The position numbers and the translations under genes are program-made. A stretch of DNA of 62,851 bases, counting the filler, from Chiloscyllium plagiosum (taxonomy: Eukaryota): assembly GCF_004010195.1 (NCBI RefSeq). It is 4 parts of 2 records of this genome, joined end to end, with 100 filler letters (N's around TTAATTAATTAA, not from the genome) between each part and the next. Parts side by side here need not be neighbours in the genome. Positions count along the whole stretch, not along the records: positions 35,443 to 55,582 come from NC_057713.1; 3 more parts are not named here. One strand, written 5' to 3'. Of the stretch, positions 35,891 to 47,874 are shown piece by piece (the stretch's first letter is position 1; each line of letters begins with the position of its first letter). The notes under the pieces are model-generated. The model searched no databases. It saw only the letters and a list, made by a program, of their open reading frames with translations, and was not told where the DNA came from.

Positions 35891-38520
35891 TTAAGTCACC
35901 TCTACATCTTGCTCTCTCTAACGGAAACAGTCTCAAGTCCCTCAGCCTTTCCTCATAAAACCTTCCGTCCACACCAGGCAATATCCTCGTAAATCTCCTC
36001 TCCACCCTTTCCAGAACTTCCACATCCTTCCTATAATGCAATGACCAGAATATACACAATACACAATACTTGGGCGGCACGGTGGCTAGCACTGCTGCCT
36101 CACAGTGCCAGAGACCTGGGTTCAATTCCCGCCTCAGACGACTGACTGTGTGGTGTTTGCACGTTCTCCCCATGTCTGCGTGGGTTTCCTCCGGTTTCCT
36201 CCCACAGTCCAAAAATGTGCAGGTTAGGTGAATTGGCCATGCTAAATTGCCCGTTGTGTTAGGTGAAGGGGTAAATGTAGGGGAATGGGTCTGGGTAGAT
36301 TGCGCTTTGGTGGGTCGGTGTGGACTTGTTGGGCTGAAGGGCCTGTTTCCACGCTGTAAGTAATCTAAAAAATCTAATTAAAAGTGCGGCCGCACCAGAG
36401 TTTTGTATAGCTGCAACATGATCTTGTGGCTCCAAAACTCAATCCCTCTACCAATAAAAGCCAACACACTGTATGCCTTCTTAACAACTGTATTAACCTG
36501 GGTGGCAACTTTCATGGATCTATGTACATGGACACCAAGATCTCTCTGCTCATCTACACTTCCAAGAATCTTACCATTAGCCTCGTACTCTGTATTCCTG
36601 TTGCTCCTTCCAAAGTGAACCACCTCACACTTTTCTGTATTAAACTCCATTTGCCACCTCTCAGCCCAGCTCTTCAGCTTATCTATGTCCCTCTGCAACC
36701 TACAACATCCTTTGGCACTATCCACAACTCCACCAACTTTAATGTCATCTGCAAATTTACTAATCCATCCTTCTCCACTCACATCCAGGTCAATTATAAA
36801 ACTGACTAACAGCAGTGGCCACAAAACAGATCCTTGCAGTACACCACTAGTAACTGAACTCCAGGATGAACATTTCCCATCAACCACCACCCTTTGTCTT
36901 CTTTCAGCTAGCCAATTTCTGATCCAAACAGCTAAATCCCCCTCAATCCTATGCCTCTGTATTTTGTGCAAAACCCTACTGTGGGGAACTTTATCAAACA
37001 CCTTACTGAAATCCACAGACCTATCTCATCAACCACTTTACCCTCATCCACCTGCTTAGTCACTGTCTCAACTAATGCACTAAGGTTTGTGAGGCATGAC
37101 CTACCCTACACAAAACAGTGTTGATTATCCCTTGTCATCATATTGCTTTCTAGATGATTATAAATCCAACCACTTATTACACTTTCCAACGCTTTACCCA
37201 CAACTGAAGTAAGGTTCACTGGTCTATAATTACCATAGTTGTCTCTATTTCTCTTCTTGAACAAGGGGACAATATTTGCAATGCTCCAATCTTCTGGCCC
37301 TATTCCTGTAAACAATGATGACATAAAGATCAAAGCCAGAGGCTCTGCAATCCCCTCACTGGCTTCCCAGCGAATCCCATCCAGCCCAGGGGACTTATCT
37401 ATTTTCACACTTTCCAGAATTGCTAATACCTCCTCTGGCCCTAATATTACTCTAGTCATTCTTTTATTCCTGATTTCCCTGTAGAAAGCTTAAGGTTTTC
37501 CTTGATTCGATCTGCCAATGACTTCTTATGTCCCCTCCTGGCTCTTCTTAGCACTCTCTTTAGGTCCTTCCAGGCTAATTTGTGCCCATGTGCCCAAACT
37601 TTACATCCTAACATAAGCCTTCTTCTTCCTCTTGACAAGAGATTCAACTTCTTTAGTAAACCGTAGCTCCCTCTTTCGACCACTTCCTCCCTGCCTGACA
37701 GGTACATATTTATCAAAGACAAGCAGTAGCTGTTCCTGGAATAAGCTCCACATTTTAACTGTGCCCAACCCTTGCAGTTTTCCCCCATCCTCTGCATCCT
37801 AAATCTTGCCTAATCGCACCATAATGGTCTTTCCCCTATCTATAACTCTTGCCCTACTGTATATACCTATCTCTTTCCATTGCTAAAGTAAACATAACTG
37901 AATTGTGGTCACTATCACCAAAGTGCTCACCTACCTCCAAATCTAACACCTGGCCAGGTTCATTACCCAGCATCAAATCCAATATGGCTTCACCCATTGT
38001 TGGCTTGTCCACATACTGTGTCAGAAAACCCTCATGCACATATTGGACAAAAACTGACCCATCTAAAGTACTCGAATTACAGTATTTCCAGTCAATATTT
38101 GGAAAGTTAAAGCCCCCATAACAACTCCCTGTTCCTCTCGTTCCTATCCAGAATCATCTTTGCTATCCTTTCCTCTACATCTCCTTGATGCCACACCTCC
38201 CAGTCTTTTACCATCTTCTCTGATCTTATTGAAACATCTAAATCCTGGAACCTGCAACAACCACTCTTGTCCCTGCTCTATCCATGTCTCCGAAATGGCC
38301 ACAACACCAAAGTCCCAGGTACCAACCCAAGCTGCAAGTTCACCCACCTTATCCCGAATGCTCCTGGCGTTGAAGTAGGCACACTTCAAACCACCTTCCT
38401 GCTTGCCAGTGCACTCTTGTGACCTTGAGACATTATTTCTGACCTCACTACTCTCAACCTCCTGGACACTGGAACTACAATTTAGGTCCCATCCCCCTGC
38501 TGAATTAACCCCCCCCTCCA
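35891..38520 (-). mobile_element. CR1 LINE ORF2 (EN to RT), decayed, interrupted by a SINE
   Basis: Motifs YFNARSIRDK, AISETW, DFSKVFDKVPH, KFADDIK. Confidence 0.92.
36073..36378 (+). mobile_element. HE1-like SINE
   Basis: gggcggcacggtggc..gggttcaattccc..gggctgaagggcctgtttcc..(aatct) tail. Confidence 0.92.
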
Positions 38521-38632
38521 CAAAGAGCACCAGCACAATAATACTATTTTTGATCCCTCAAAAGGAGACCAGAAAATGAAAAAAAGGTATGCAGAAAAAG
38601 ATAAACACAGAAGTTGAAAGAAATACAACTGA

Positions 38633-41352
38633 TAGAAACATAGAACATTACAGCGCAGTACAGGCCCTTCGACCCTCGATGTTGCGCCGACCTGTCATAC
38701 TAATCTGAAGCCCATCCCACCTACATTATTCCATATACGTCCATATGCTTGTCCAATGACGACTTAAATGTACTTAAAGTTGGCAAATCTACTACTGTTG
38801 CAGGCAAAGCATTCCATGCCCTTACTACTCTCTGAGTAGAGAAACTACCTCTGACATCTGTCCTATAATCTATCACACCTCAATTTAAAGCTATGCCCCC
38901 TCATGCTCGCCATCACCATACTTGGAAAAAGGCTCTCCCTGTCCACCCTATCTAACCCGCTGATTATCTTATATGTCTCTATTAAGTCACCTCTCAACCT
39001 TCTTCTCTCTAACGAAAACAGCCTCAAGTCCATCAGCCTTTCCTCATAAGACCTTCCCTCCAAACCAGGCAACATCCTAGTAAATCTCCTCTGCAATCTT
39101 TCCAAAGCTTCCACATTCTTCTTATAATGTGGTGACCAGAACTGTACACAATACTCCAAGTGCGGCCGCACCAGAGTTTTGTACAGCTGTAGCATAACTT
39201 CATGGGTCCAGAACTCAATGCCTCTATTAATAAAAGCTAAAACACTGTATGCCTTCTTAACAACCCTGTCAACCTGGGTGGCAACTTTCAAGGATCTGTG
39301 TACCTGGACACNNNNNNNNNNNNNGTACACCACTGGTAACTGGACTCCAGGATGAACATTTCCCATCAACCACCACCCTCTGTCTTCTTTCAGCAAGCCA
39401 ATTACGGATCCAAACTGCTATATCTCCCACAATCCCATTCTTCCGCATTTTGCACAATAGCCTGTGGGGAACCTTATCAAAAGCTTTGCTGAAATCCATA
39501 TACACCACATCAACCGGTTTACTCTCATCTACCTGTTTGGTCACCTTCTCAAAGAACTCAATAAGGTTTGTGAGGCACGACCTACCCTTCACAAAACTGT
39601 GCTGACTATCCCTGACTAATCAAATTATTCTTTTCTAGATGATTATAAATCCTATCTCTTATAACCTTTTCCAACACTTTACCAACAACTGAAGTAAGGC
39701 TCACTGGTCTATAATTACCAGGGTTGTCTCTACTTTCTTATTCCTTAAATACCTATAGAAATCCTTAGGGTTTACCCTGATCCTATCGCCAACAACTTCT
39801 CATGTCTCCTCCTGGCTCTTCTGAGCTCTCTCTTTAGATCTTTCCTGGCTACCTTGTAACCCTCAAGCGCCCTAACTGAGCCTTCAAATCTCATCCTAAC
39901 ATAAGCCTTCTTCTTCCTCTTGACCAGAGATTCCACTTCCTTCATAAACCACAGCTCCTGCGCACTACAGCTTCCTCCCTGCCTAACAGGTACATACTTA
40001 TCTTGGACACACAGGAGCTAGTCCTTGAATAAGCTCCACATTTCTAATGTGCTCATCCCCTGCAGTTTCCTTCCCCATCCTATGCTTCCTAAATTTTGCC
40101 TAATCACATCGTAATTGCCTTTCCCCAGCTGTAACTCTTGCCCAGTGGTATACACCTATCCCTTTCTATTACTAAAGTAAACATAACAGAATTGTCATCG
40201 CTATCACCAAAGTGCTCACCTACTTCCAAGTCTAACACCTGGCCGAGCTCATTACCCAGTACCAAATCTAATGTGACTTCGCTCCTTGTTGGCCTATCTA
40301 CATACTGTGTCAGGAAGCCCTCCTGCACATACTGGACAAAAACTGAGTCATCTATAGCACGCATACTATAGTGTTCCCATTCAATATTTGGAAAGTTGAA
40401 GTCCCCCATGACAACTAACCTGTCTCTCTCACTCCTATTGAGAATCATCTTTGCTATCCTTTCCTCTACATCTCTGGAACTATTCGGAGGCCTATAGAAA
40501 ACTCCCAACAGGGTGACCTCTCCTTTCCTGTTTCTAACCTCAGCCCTTACTACCTCAGTTGACGTGCCCCAGACATCCTTTCTGCAACTGTAATACTGTC
40601 CTTGACCAAAAATATCACCCCCCCCTTTTACCATCTTTTCTGTTGTTACTGAAGCATCTAAATCCTGGAACCTGCAACAAACATTCCTGTCCCTGCTCTA
40701 ACCATGTCTCCGAAATGGCCACAACATCGAAGTCCCAGGTACCAACCCATGCTGCAAGTTCACCCACTTTATTCCGGATGCTCCTGGCGTTGAAGTAGAC
40801 ACACTTCAAACCAACTTCTTGCTTGCCAGTGCCATCTTGCGTCCCTGAAACTTGATTTCTGACCTCTCTACTCTCAATCTTTTCTATACTCGAACTACAA
40901 TTTTGGTTCCCATCCCCCTGCTGGATTAATTTAAACCCACCCCTCGGGCAACAAAACAGAGACAACAGCTCTGTTCGTCCTAGCTCTAAGCTTCCATCCT
41001 AGCTCCTTGAATTTCTGCCTTAAATCCCCATCTCTCTTCCTACCTATGTCGTTGGTGCCCTTGTGGACCACGATTTGGGGCTGCTCCCCCTCCCCCTTAA
41101 GGATCCCAAAAACACGATCAGAGACATCATGAACCCTGGCACCTGGGAGGCAACACACCAACCGTGAGTCTCTTTCGTTTCCACAGAACATCCTATCTGT
41201 CCCCCTAACTATGGAGTCCCCAATGACTACTGCTCTGCTCCTCTTCCCCCTTCCCTTCTGAGCAGCAGGGACAGACTCTGTGTCAGAGCCCTGTGCCCCA
41301 CTGCTTTCCCTTGGTAAGTTCCCCCAAACAGTATGCAAAACGGTATACTTAT
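38633..41352 (-). mobile_element. CR1 LINE with ORF1 esterase remnant, EN and RT; internal deletions
   Basis: Motifs AVVIGDSIVRG..CCLPGARV..GTNDIG, YFNARSIRNK, YMDFSKAFDKVPH; (TTCTATG) tail at 38633. Confidence 0.93.
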
Positions 41353-42124
41353 TGTTGATCTAGTTGATCTTACTAGATTGTGAACTGTTTGAACGTTTGA
41401 ACATGCAATGTATAGTATATGCCCCTTTCTGGTCATTATAAGCTGTCTTAATTCAAACCATCACTTTTCTTTTTGAGTTGTCCAAACATGAATTTGCCAA
41501 TAGGTTCAGCTAGCATTTTAAACCTCAGGAACTGGAATGTCAACTTGAAAAAACAGAATTAAGCTTTCAGTAAATGCACTAAAAAAAAAACAGAAGCACT
41601 GGTTTTATTTCAAATCATATGACAGGGAAGAATGCGTTGCAGAAGAACCTTCCTCATATTTTCACAAGATTAATCCCATTGATAGCGTAGATATTCTATA
41701 CCCAGATAATGATCAAATGGTACATGTTACCATGCACCATTTTACTTACAAGGCCCCAGGTCAGATTTTTTTCTGGCCTTATGCCATCTCAAGGTAATTC
41801 CAGCAGACTGGTTGGAAAATTGAGCAATTGGCTAGATCACCAGCATTTTTTGACTTCCCATATGCTGCAATTGCAAAGATTCTCTACTGGAAATGCATTG
41901 GATACTCTACAAAGTCTGTCCAAACATGAGTAAGCACACAGACATAATCTGATTTGTTCCTATTGTTTTACATGTTGTTTCCAACAATTTGCACAATTAT
42001 AATGCAAGGTCCTGGCAGTGACATGTGTACACATGAAATTTAATTGGAGCCTAACAGACTGTGCAACTGATCACAAAACCATACAATGTGCTGCCTATAA
42101 ATTCTGTGCTTGTGTGCTTCTCTT

Positions 42125-42203
42125 CACATCACCTAAAGGAAAAGCACTTTGAAAACTTGTGATTTCAAATACAGCTATTGGAATATAACCTGATGTCACG
42201 TGA
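42125..42203 (+). mobile_element. Decayed pLTR of the 17143 PLE family (hammerhead remnant)
   Basis: cacctaaaggaaaagcactttgaaaacttgtgatttcaaata..tggaatataacctgatgtc, similar to the reverse complement of 17200-17268. Confidence 0.6.
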
Positions 42204-42230
42204 ACAAAGAACAAGAACAAAGACCAAAGA

Positions 42231-43515
42231 CTTATTAGTGATAGACAGCATAGTTTTGTGTGGGACGTTGTTCCTCACTAACTTGATTGAGTTTTTTTGA
42301 GGAGGTAACAAAGGTTATTGAAGAGGGAAAAGTGATTCATGTTGCCTACATGGACTTCAGTAAAGCCTTTGACAAGATCCCTCATGGTAGACTGGTACAA
42401 ATGGTGAAGTCACATAGTATCAGGAGTGAGCTGGCAAGATGGATACAGAACTGGCTTAGTCGTAGGAAAAGAGGGTAGAGGTGGAAGAATGTTTTTCAGA
42501 ATGGAGGGCTGTGACTAGTGTTGGTCCACAGGTATCAGTGCTGGCATCTCTGTGGTTTGTGGTCTACATAACTGATTTGGAGGAAAACATAGCTGGTTTA
42601 ATTAATAAGTTTGCGGATGATATAAAGATTGGTGGAGTTGTGGATGGTGAAGAAAATTGTTAGAGGATACAGCACGATATGGATTAGTTAGAGGTGTGGG
42701 CAGAAAAACAGCAGATGGAGTTTAATCTTTACAACTGTGAGGTGAAAGATCAAGTACAGGTGGAAATTATACAGTGAATGGCAGAACCTTTAGCAATATT
42801 GATATGCAGAGGGACTTTGGTGTGCAGGTTCACAGATCACTGAAAATGGCTGCGCAGATAGATAAGGGAGTAAAACATGCCTATGGCATGCTTGCCTTCA
42901 TTGGAAGGGGCATTGAGTATAAGAATAGACACGTTAAGCTGCAGCTTTATAGAACTTCAGTTAGGCCATACTTGAAATCTGGTAGCCACACTCCCAGAAA
43001 GATGCAAATGCTTTGAAGAGGGTACAGAAAAGGTTTACCAGGTTGTTACCTGGTATGGAGGATTTTAGCTATGAAGAAAGGTTGGATAGACTGGGTTTGT
43101 TTTCACTGGAACGCAGGAGGTTGTGGGGCGACCTAATAGAAATTTATAAGATTGAGAATGGCCCGGATAAAGTGGAATGTATGAGGCTTTTTCTCAGGGT
43201 GGAGGGATCAATTACTCGGGGACATAGGTTCAATCTGCAGATGCAGTGATGGGGAGTTTAAAAGAGATTGAGAGGCAAGTTTTTTTTACACAGAGGGTGG
43301 TGAGTGCCTGGATTGCATTGCCAGAGGTGATGGTGGAAGCAGACACAATAGCAGCATTCAAGAAGCACCTGGACAGCTACATGAATAGGAAGGGAACAGA
43401 GGGATACAGAAGTGAAAACAGTTTTAGTATGAAAAGGGAAAATGTGCTGGCGCAGGCTTGGACTGCCAAAGGATCCGTTCCTGTGCTGCATTTTGTTCTT
43501 TGTTCTTTTGTTCTG
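42231..43515 (+). mobile_element. CR1 LINE RT and 3'UTR
   Basis: Motifs YMDFSKAFDKIPH, KFADDIK; (TTTGTTC) tail. Confidence 0.92.
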
Positions 43516-44711
43516 TGTAACTTCTGACCATTTCTTTAAAGAAAAGGTCATGGGACATTTAAATGTTTTGTGGAGCATGCTGGGGATAGAGGCAAGGAAA
43601 GAGAAGGTTCAACAGTCCGTCCATGGTTCAGATGGAATTTACAAATGTTGCTATAAAGGTAAACTTGCTCCAGATGTATCTTTCTGCAATTCCTTCTGAA
43701 CATCTCTATTCATTCACTTCCTTTAAAATGCTCCTGGAAATCTGTGCTGGAATACATTCCTGTAAAATCAAACAGGAGAGGTGAGGGTGTCTGCCCTCAT
43801 CATCAAGGCAGGGTTTGACTGAATGTGGCATCAAGGAACCTGAGCAAAACTGGAATCAATGGAAATCCAGGGGCAAATGCTCAATTGATTTGAAGTCAAA
43901 ATCTGCAGAAACTGCCCAGTACTTTTGGTGGTTTAGGACAGTTTTATTTGTTTGATAGCAACAGCATAATTAAAAATATTATTCTCTTCTGCAAGTGACA
44001 GGTCTTCTTTCCTACACCTTGAATTTAGATGTTAGGGCTTGCCCTAATCCACAAAAAAAAGTAGCATCTCTGCTGTAGAAAATGTCTTGATGTACCTTAC
44101 AGAAGGGATGACAAAAGGATGAAGGAATGGATCATTCTACATCATCTCCTCTCCAAATTAACAATAAAAGAAAAATGTCTGAACATTACAATTTTTTATT
44201 GACCTTTTCACAAGTTATTGAGAGATTAATACATCAAAATTGGCTGCACAGCATTTCCACATAATTATAAACAAAGTAGAAAAATGAACCTGCTCATGTG
44301 ATTAACAATGTTGCAAACTTTAACATTTATTTGCTCCATAATAAATCAGGAGACTCATATAGGTTTCACACTCAAAACTAGACAGCAGCCAAATTACACA
44401 AGCCAAATAAAAAAACTCTCACTTATGGTTATCAGCAGTTCCTTTCCTTTCCACAGCAGATCATTAGGAAGGCAAAGTATTAAAGAAAATCCTGTTCTGT
44501 AAATGCAGTGGTCGTTTATCACCAGATTACAGACCAGGATACCAGTTCCTTCTGTTCTCTGAAATCACTTCCCTAGAAACATTTCAGGTAACCAAGCACT
44601 TCAGCCAGTGGTTACGAAAACTTAATTGCAATTGTCTGACAAAGTAAACAGACGACAATAGATTTGATCAGAGTGATCTCACCTTTAAAGTTGCAGCACA
44701 GAATCAAATTT

Positions 44712-45958
44712 GTACAGCACGGAAAAAGACCCTTCAGTCCAACTCTTCCATGCTGACCAGATATTTTAAATTAATCTAGTCCCATTTGCCAGCATTTGGT
44801 CCATATCCCTCTAAAACCTTCCTATTCATATACCCAGTCTGATGCTATTTAAATGTCATAATTGTACCAGCCTCCACCTCTTTCTCTGGCAGCTCATTCT
44901 ATACATACACCACTGTCTGCATGAAAAAGTTGCCCCTTCAGTTCCTTTTACATCTTTCCCCTCTCACCTTAAACCAACACCCTCTAGTTTTGGACTCCCC
45001 TACTGTGGGAAAAATACCTTGGCTATTCATTCTATCCATGCCCCTCATGATTTTAAAAACTTCTTTGAAGTCACCCCTCAGTCTCTAATGCTCCAGGAAA
45101 AACAACCCCAGCCTATTCAACCTCTCCCTATAGCTCAAACCCTCCAACCCCAGCAACACCTTTGTAAATCTTTTCTGAACCCTTTCAAGTTTCACAACAT
45201 CTTGCCTATTTCAGGGAGACGCACGGTGGCTCAGTGGTTAGCACTGTTCCCTCACAGCACCAGGGTCCCAGGTTCAATTCCACCCTCGGGCAACTATCTG
45301 TGTGGAGTTTGCACATTCTCCCTGTGTCTGCATGGGTTTCCTCCGGATGCTCCAGTTTCCTCCCACAGTCCAAAGATGTGCAGTTCAGGTGAACTGGCCA
45401 TGCTAACTTGCCCATATTGCTAGGTGCATTAGTCAGAGGGAAATGGGTCTGGGTGGGTTGCTCTTCGGAGGGTCGGTGTGGACTGGTTGGGGCGAAGGGC
45501 CTGTTTCCACACTGTAAGGAATCTAATCTAATCAAGTGTAAAAGTCCTGCCCTGATTGGCCTTTCCAAAATACAACACTTCACATTTATCTAAAGTAAAC
45601 TCTATCTGCCACTTCTTGGCCTATCTGATCAAGATTCCACTGCATTCTGAGGTAACCTTCTTCACTGTCCACTACACCTCCAATTTTGGTGCCATCTGCA
45701 AACTTACTAATCATTCCCTCCTACATTCATATCCAAATCATTTTTATAAAATGACAAAAAGCAGTTGACCCAACACCAATACTTGCCACTCACTGCTGGT
45801 CACAGGCCTCCAGTCCAAAATATAACCCTCCACCATCATGCTCTGTCACCTGCTTTCAAGTCAATTTTGTATCCAAATGACTAGCTCTCCCTGGATTCCA
45901 TGTGATCTAAATTTGCTAAACAGTCTACCATGCAGAACCTTGTTGAATGCCTTTTCGA
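44712..45958 (-). mobile_element. CR1 LINE RT/3' fragment interrupted by a SINE
   Basis: Reverse-complement similarity to 3340-4460. Confidence 0.88.
45214..45534 (+). mobile_element. HE1-like SINE
   Basis: A box tggctcagtgg, B box ggttcaattcc, CR1-like tail ending (aatct)n. Confidence 0.93.
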
Positions 45959-46769
45959 ACACAATATAATATTGATCAAGATAGATTGGTAATACTTAAT
46001 CCCCATCTCCAGAACTACATGAGGAAAGTTGCATATTACAGTAACCATATACTTCCCCATTATTCAGATTCACAACTACACAGTTAGAGAAACATTCTTT
46101 GCTGTAGATTAAAGGTTGTTTTGTTAACTGTTTCATGGAGAGGTGGGAAATGATGACACAAAAGAGGAGTAAACTTCTGATTCGATACCCGAAACTGAAT
46201 TCAATAAATCTCAATTCATTGCCATAATTTTAACAAAAACATGAATATAATAGCATGATACAATAGTATAAATCTGTGCTGGCCTAAAAACTAAAATGGC
46301 GTCTTTTCTATATGAATGCAATTTTGTTCATGAAGCCTCAGCAAAAGGAATGCGTTCTTTCAAACGGCTTTACAGAAATGAGACATTTTTCAATTAATCT
46401 GTCAAAAAATTGCCACCTATAGTTACGTTTCAAACTACCTATCCAAAAAGTTTTAAAATGTGGCAAATTCCCTCCTACTTTTAAACCGAAGTAATGCTGC
46501 AAATATGGTTTACGTTTCTCCTCACATTGTTTGAGGTGTGTTACACACACATTTTTCTAAATATTAGTTAATTTGAGTAAATTATGATGGGCCTGTCCAC
46601 CACAAAGTATAGTCCTTCTGATCACACTGTTCTACACTGACGCTTGGTTGAGAATTCCATAAGATACTCCAGGAAACATTGAAAGCACAGCAATAAACAT
46701 GCCCAAATCAGGATAGTGTACATCCTGAAGACATTCTCTAAATGTTGCGATTTTTGACCTTCAGGAGAT

Positions 46770-47325
46770 CAAATGCTAAAGAAAAATATACAGTTAATTG
46801 CAGGACTCTGAACAGCATTCATGTATAGAAGGATCTTGGGGTTCAAATCCATTGCTCCCTGTAAGTGGCCACACAAGTAGATAGGGTGGTAAAGAAGGCA
46901 TATGGCATGCTTGTCTTTACTGGTTGGGGATTTGAGTATAAGAGTTAGGATATCATATTACAGCTTTAAAAGACTTTGCTTAGACCACACAGAGTACTGT
47001 GTTCAATTCTGATCACCAACTGGGAGAGGTTGCAGAAAAGGTTTATCAGGATGCTGCCTGGATTAGAAGTTATGAGCTGTAAGGACAGGCTAGAAAAACT
47101 CAGGCTGTTTTCTCTGGAGCAGCAATCTGGAACGTGCTGCAGGGGTGGTGGTGTTGGCAGATATGATCGGAGTGTTTGAGGGACTTTTAGATAAGCACAT
47201 GAAATTGGAAGGAATGGAGGAATATGGACCAAGGACAAACATAAGGGATTATTTTAATTTAGTGTTATGTTCAGCACAACATCATGAGCTGAAAGGTTCG
47301 TTCCTGTGCGGTACAATTCTGTTAC
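46770..47325 (+). mobile_element. Decayed CR1 LINE 3' fragment
   Basis: Translation ERLQKRFIRMLPGLE..LRLFSLE. Confidence 0.8.
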
Positions 47326-47874
47326 ATGTTAACCAATCTGCGAGCCTATCCTGACTTTATGAAACACCAGAATACCATTTACAACTTGGGTTCTGTGCTT
47401 TCTTGCCCTTTCATAACAAAATTCATTTGCTTAGTTTTGACATTTTCAATTAATCTAGCCTGGAATTCCACCCATCCTTATGTAAAGAAGTGTGTTATGT
47501 TTTCATGACCTTATTTATCTAGATTATCATCCTGCTCCTTTTTGTTCTAGACTCAACCACAGGAAAATTGTTCATTCGTGCTCAATATAATTATTTTTAC
47601 ATCTTAAACTCCTCTAATATAAAATCCCTTAATCTTCCATACTCAAGGAAATACAAGATGAACAATTACAATCCTAACTCAATACCCTAGCTCAGTATGA
47701 CATTGGTGAAGTTACACTATATCTACTTAGATGCTAACATATCCTTCTAGGGTTACTTTTACAAAACTGGATGGCATTTCATAAATTAGTTCTAACCAGA
47801 ACTTTACATAACATAACTTCTAGCTCTTTGCACTCCAGTCTCTTATATGTGATGGGCTTTAATAATTATCTTGG

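Noticed and set aside
36073..36135. tRNA-like A/B boxes (also near 14760, 16905, 23140, 45225)
   Set aside because: They are SINE heads followed by SINE body and tail, not tRNA genes.
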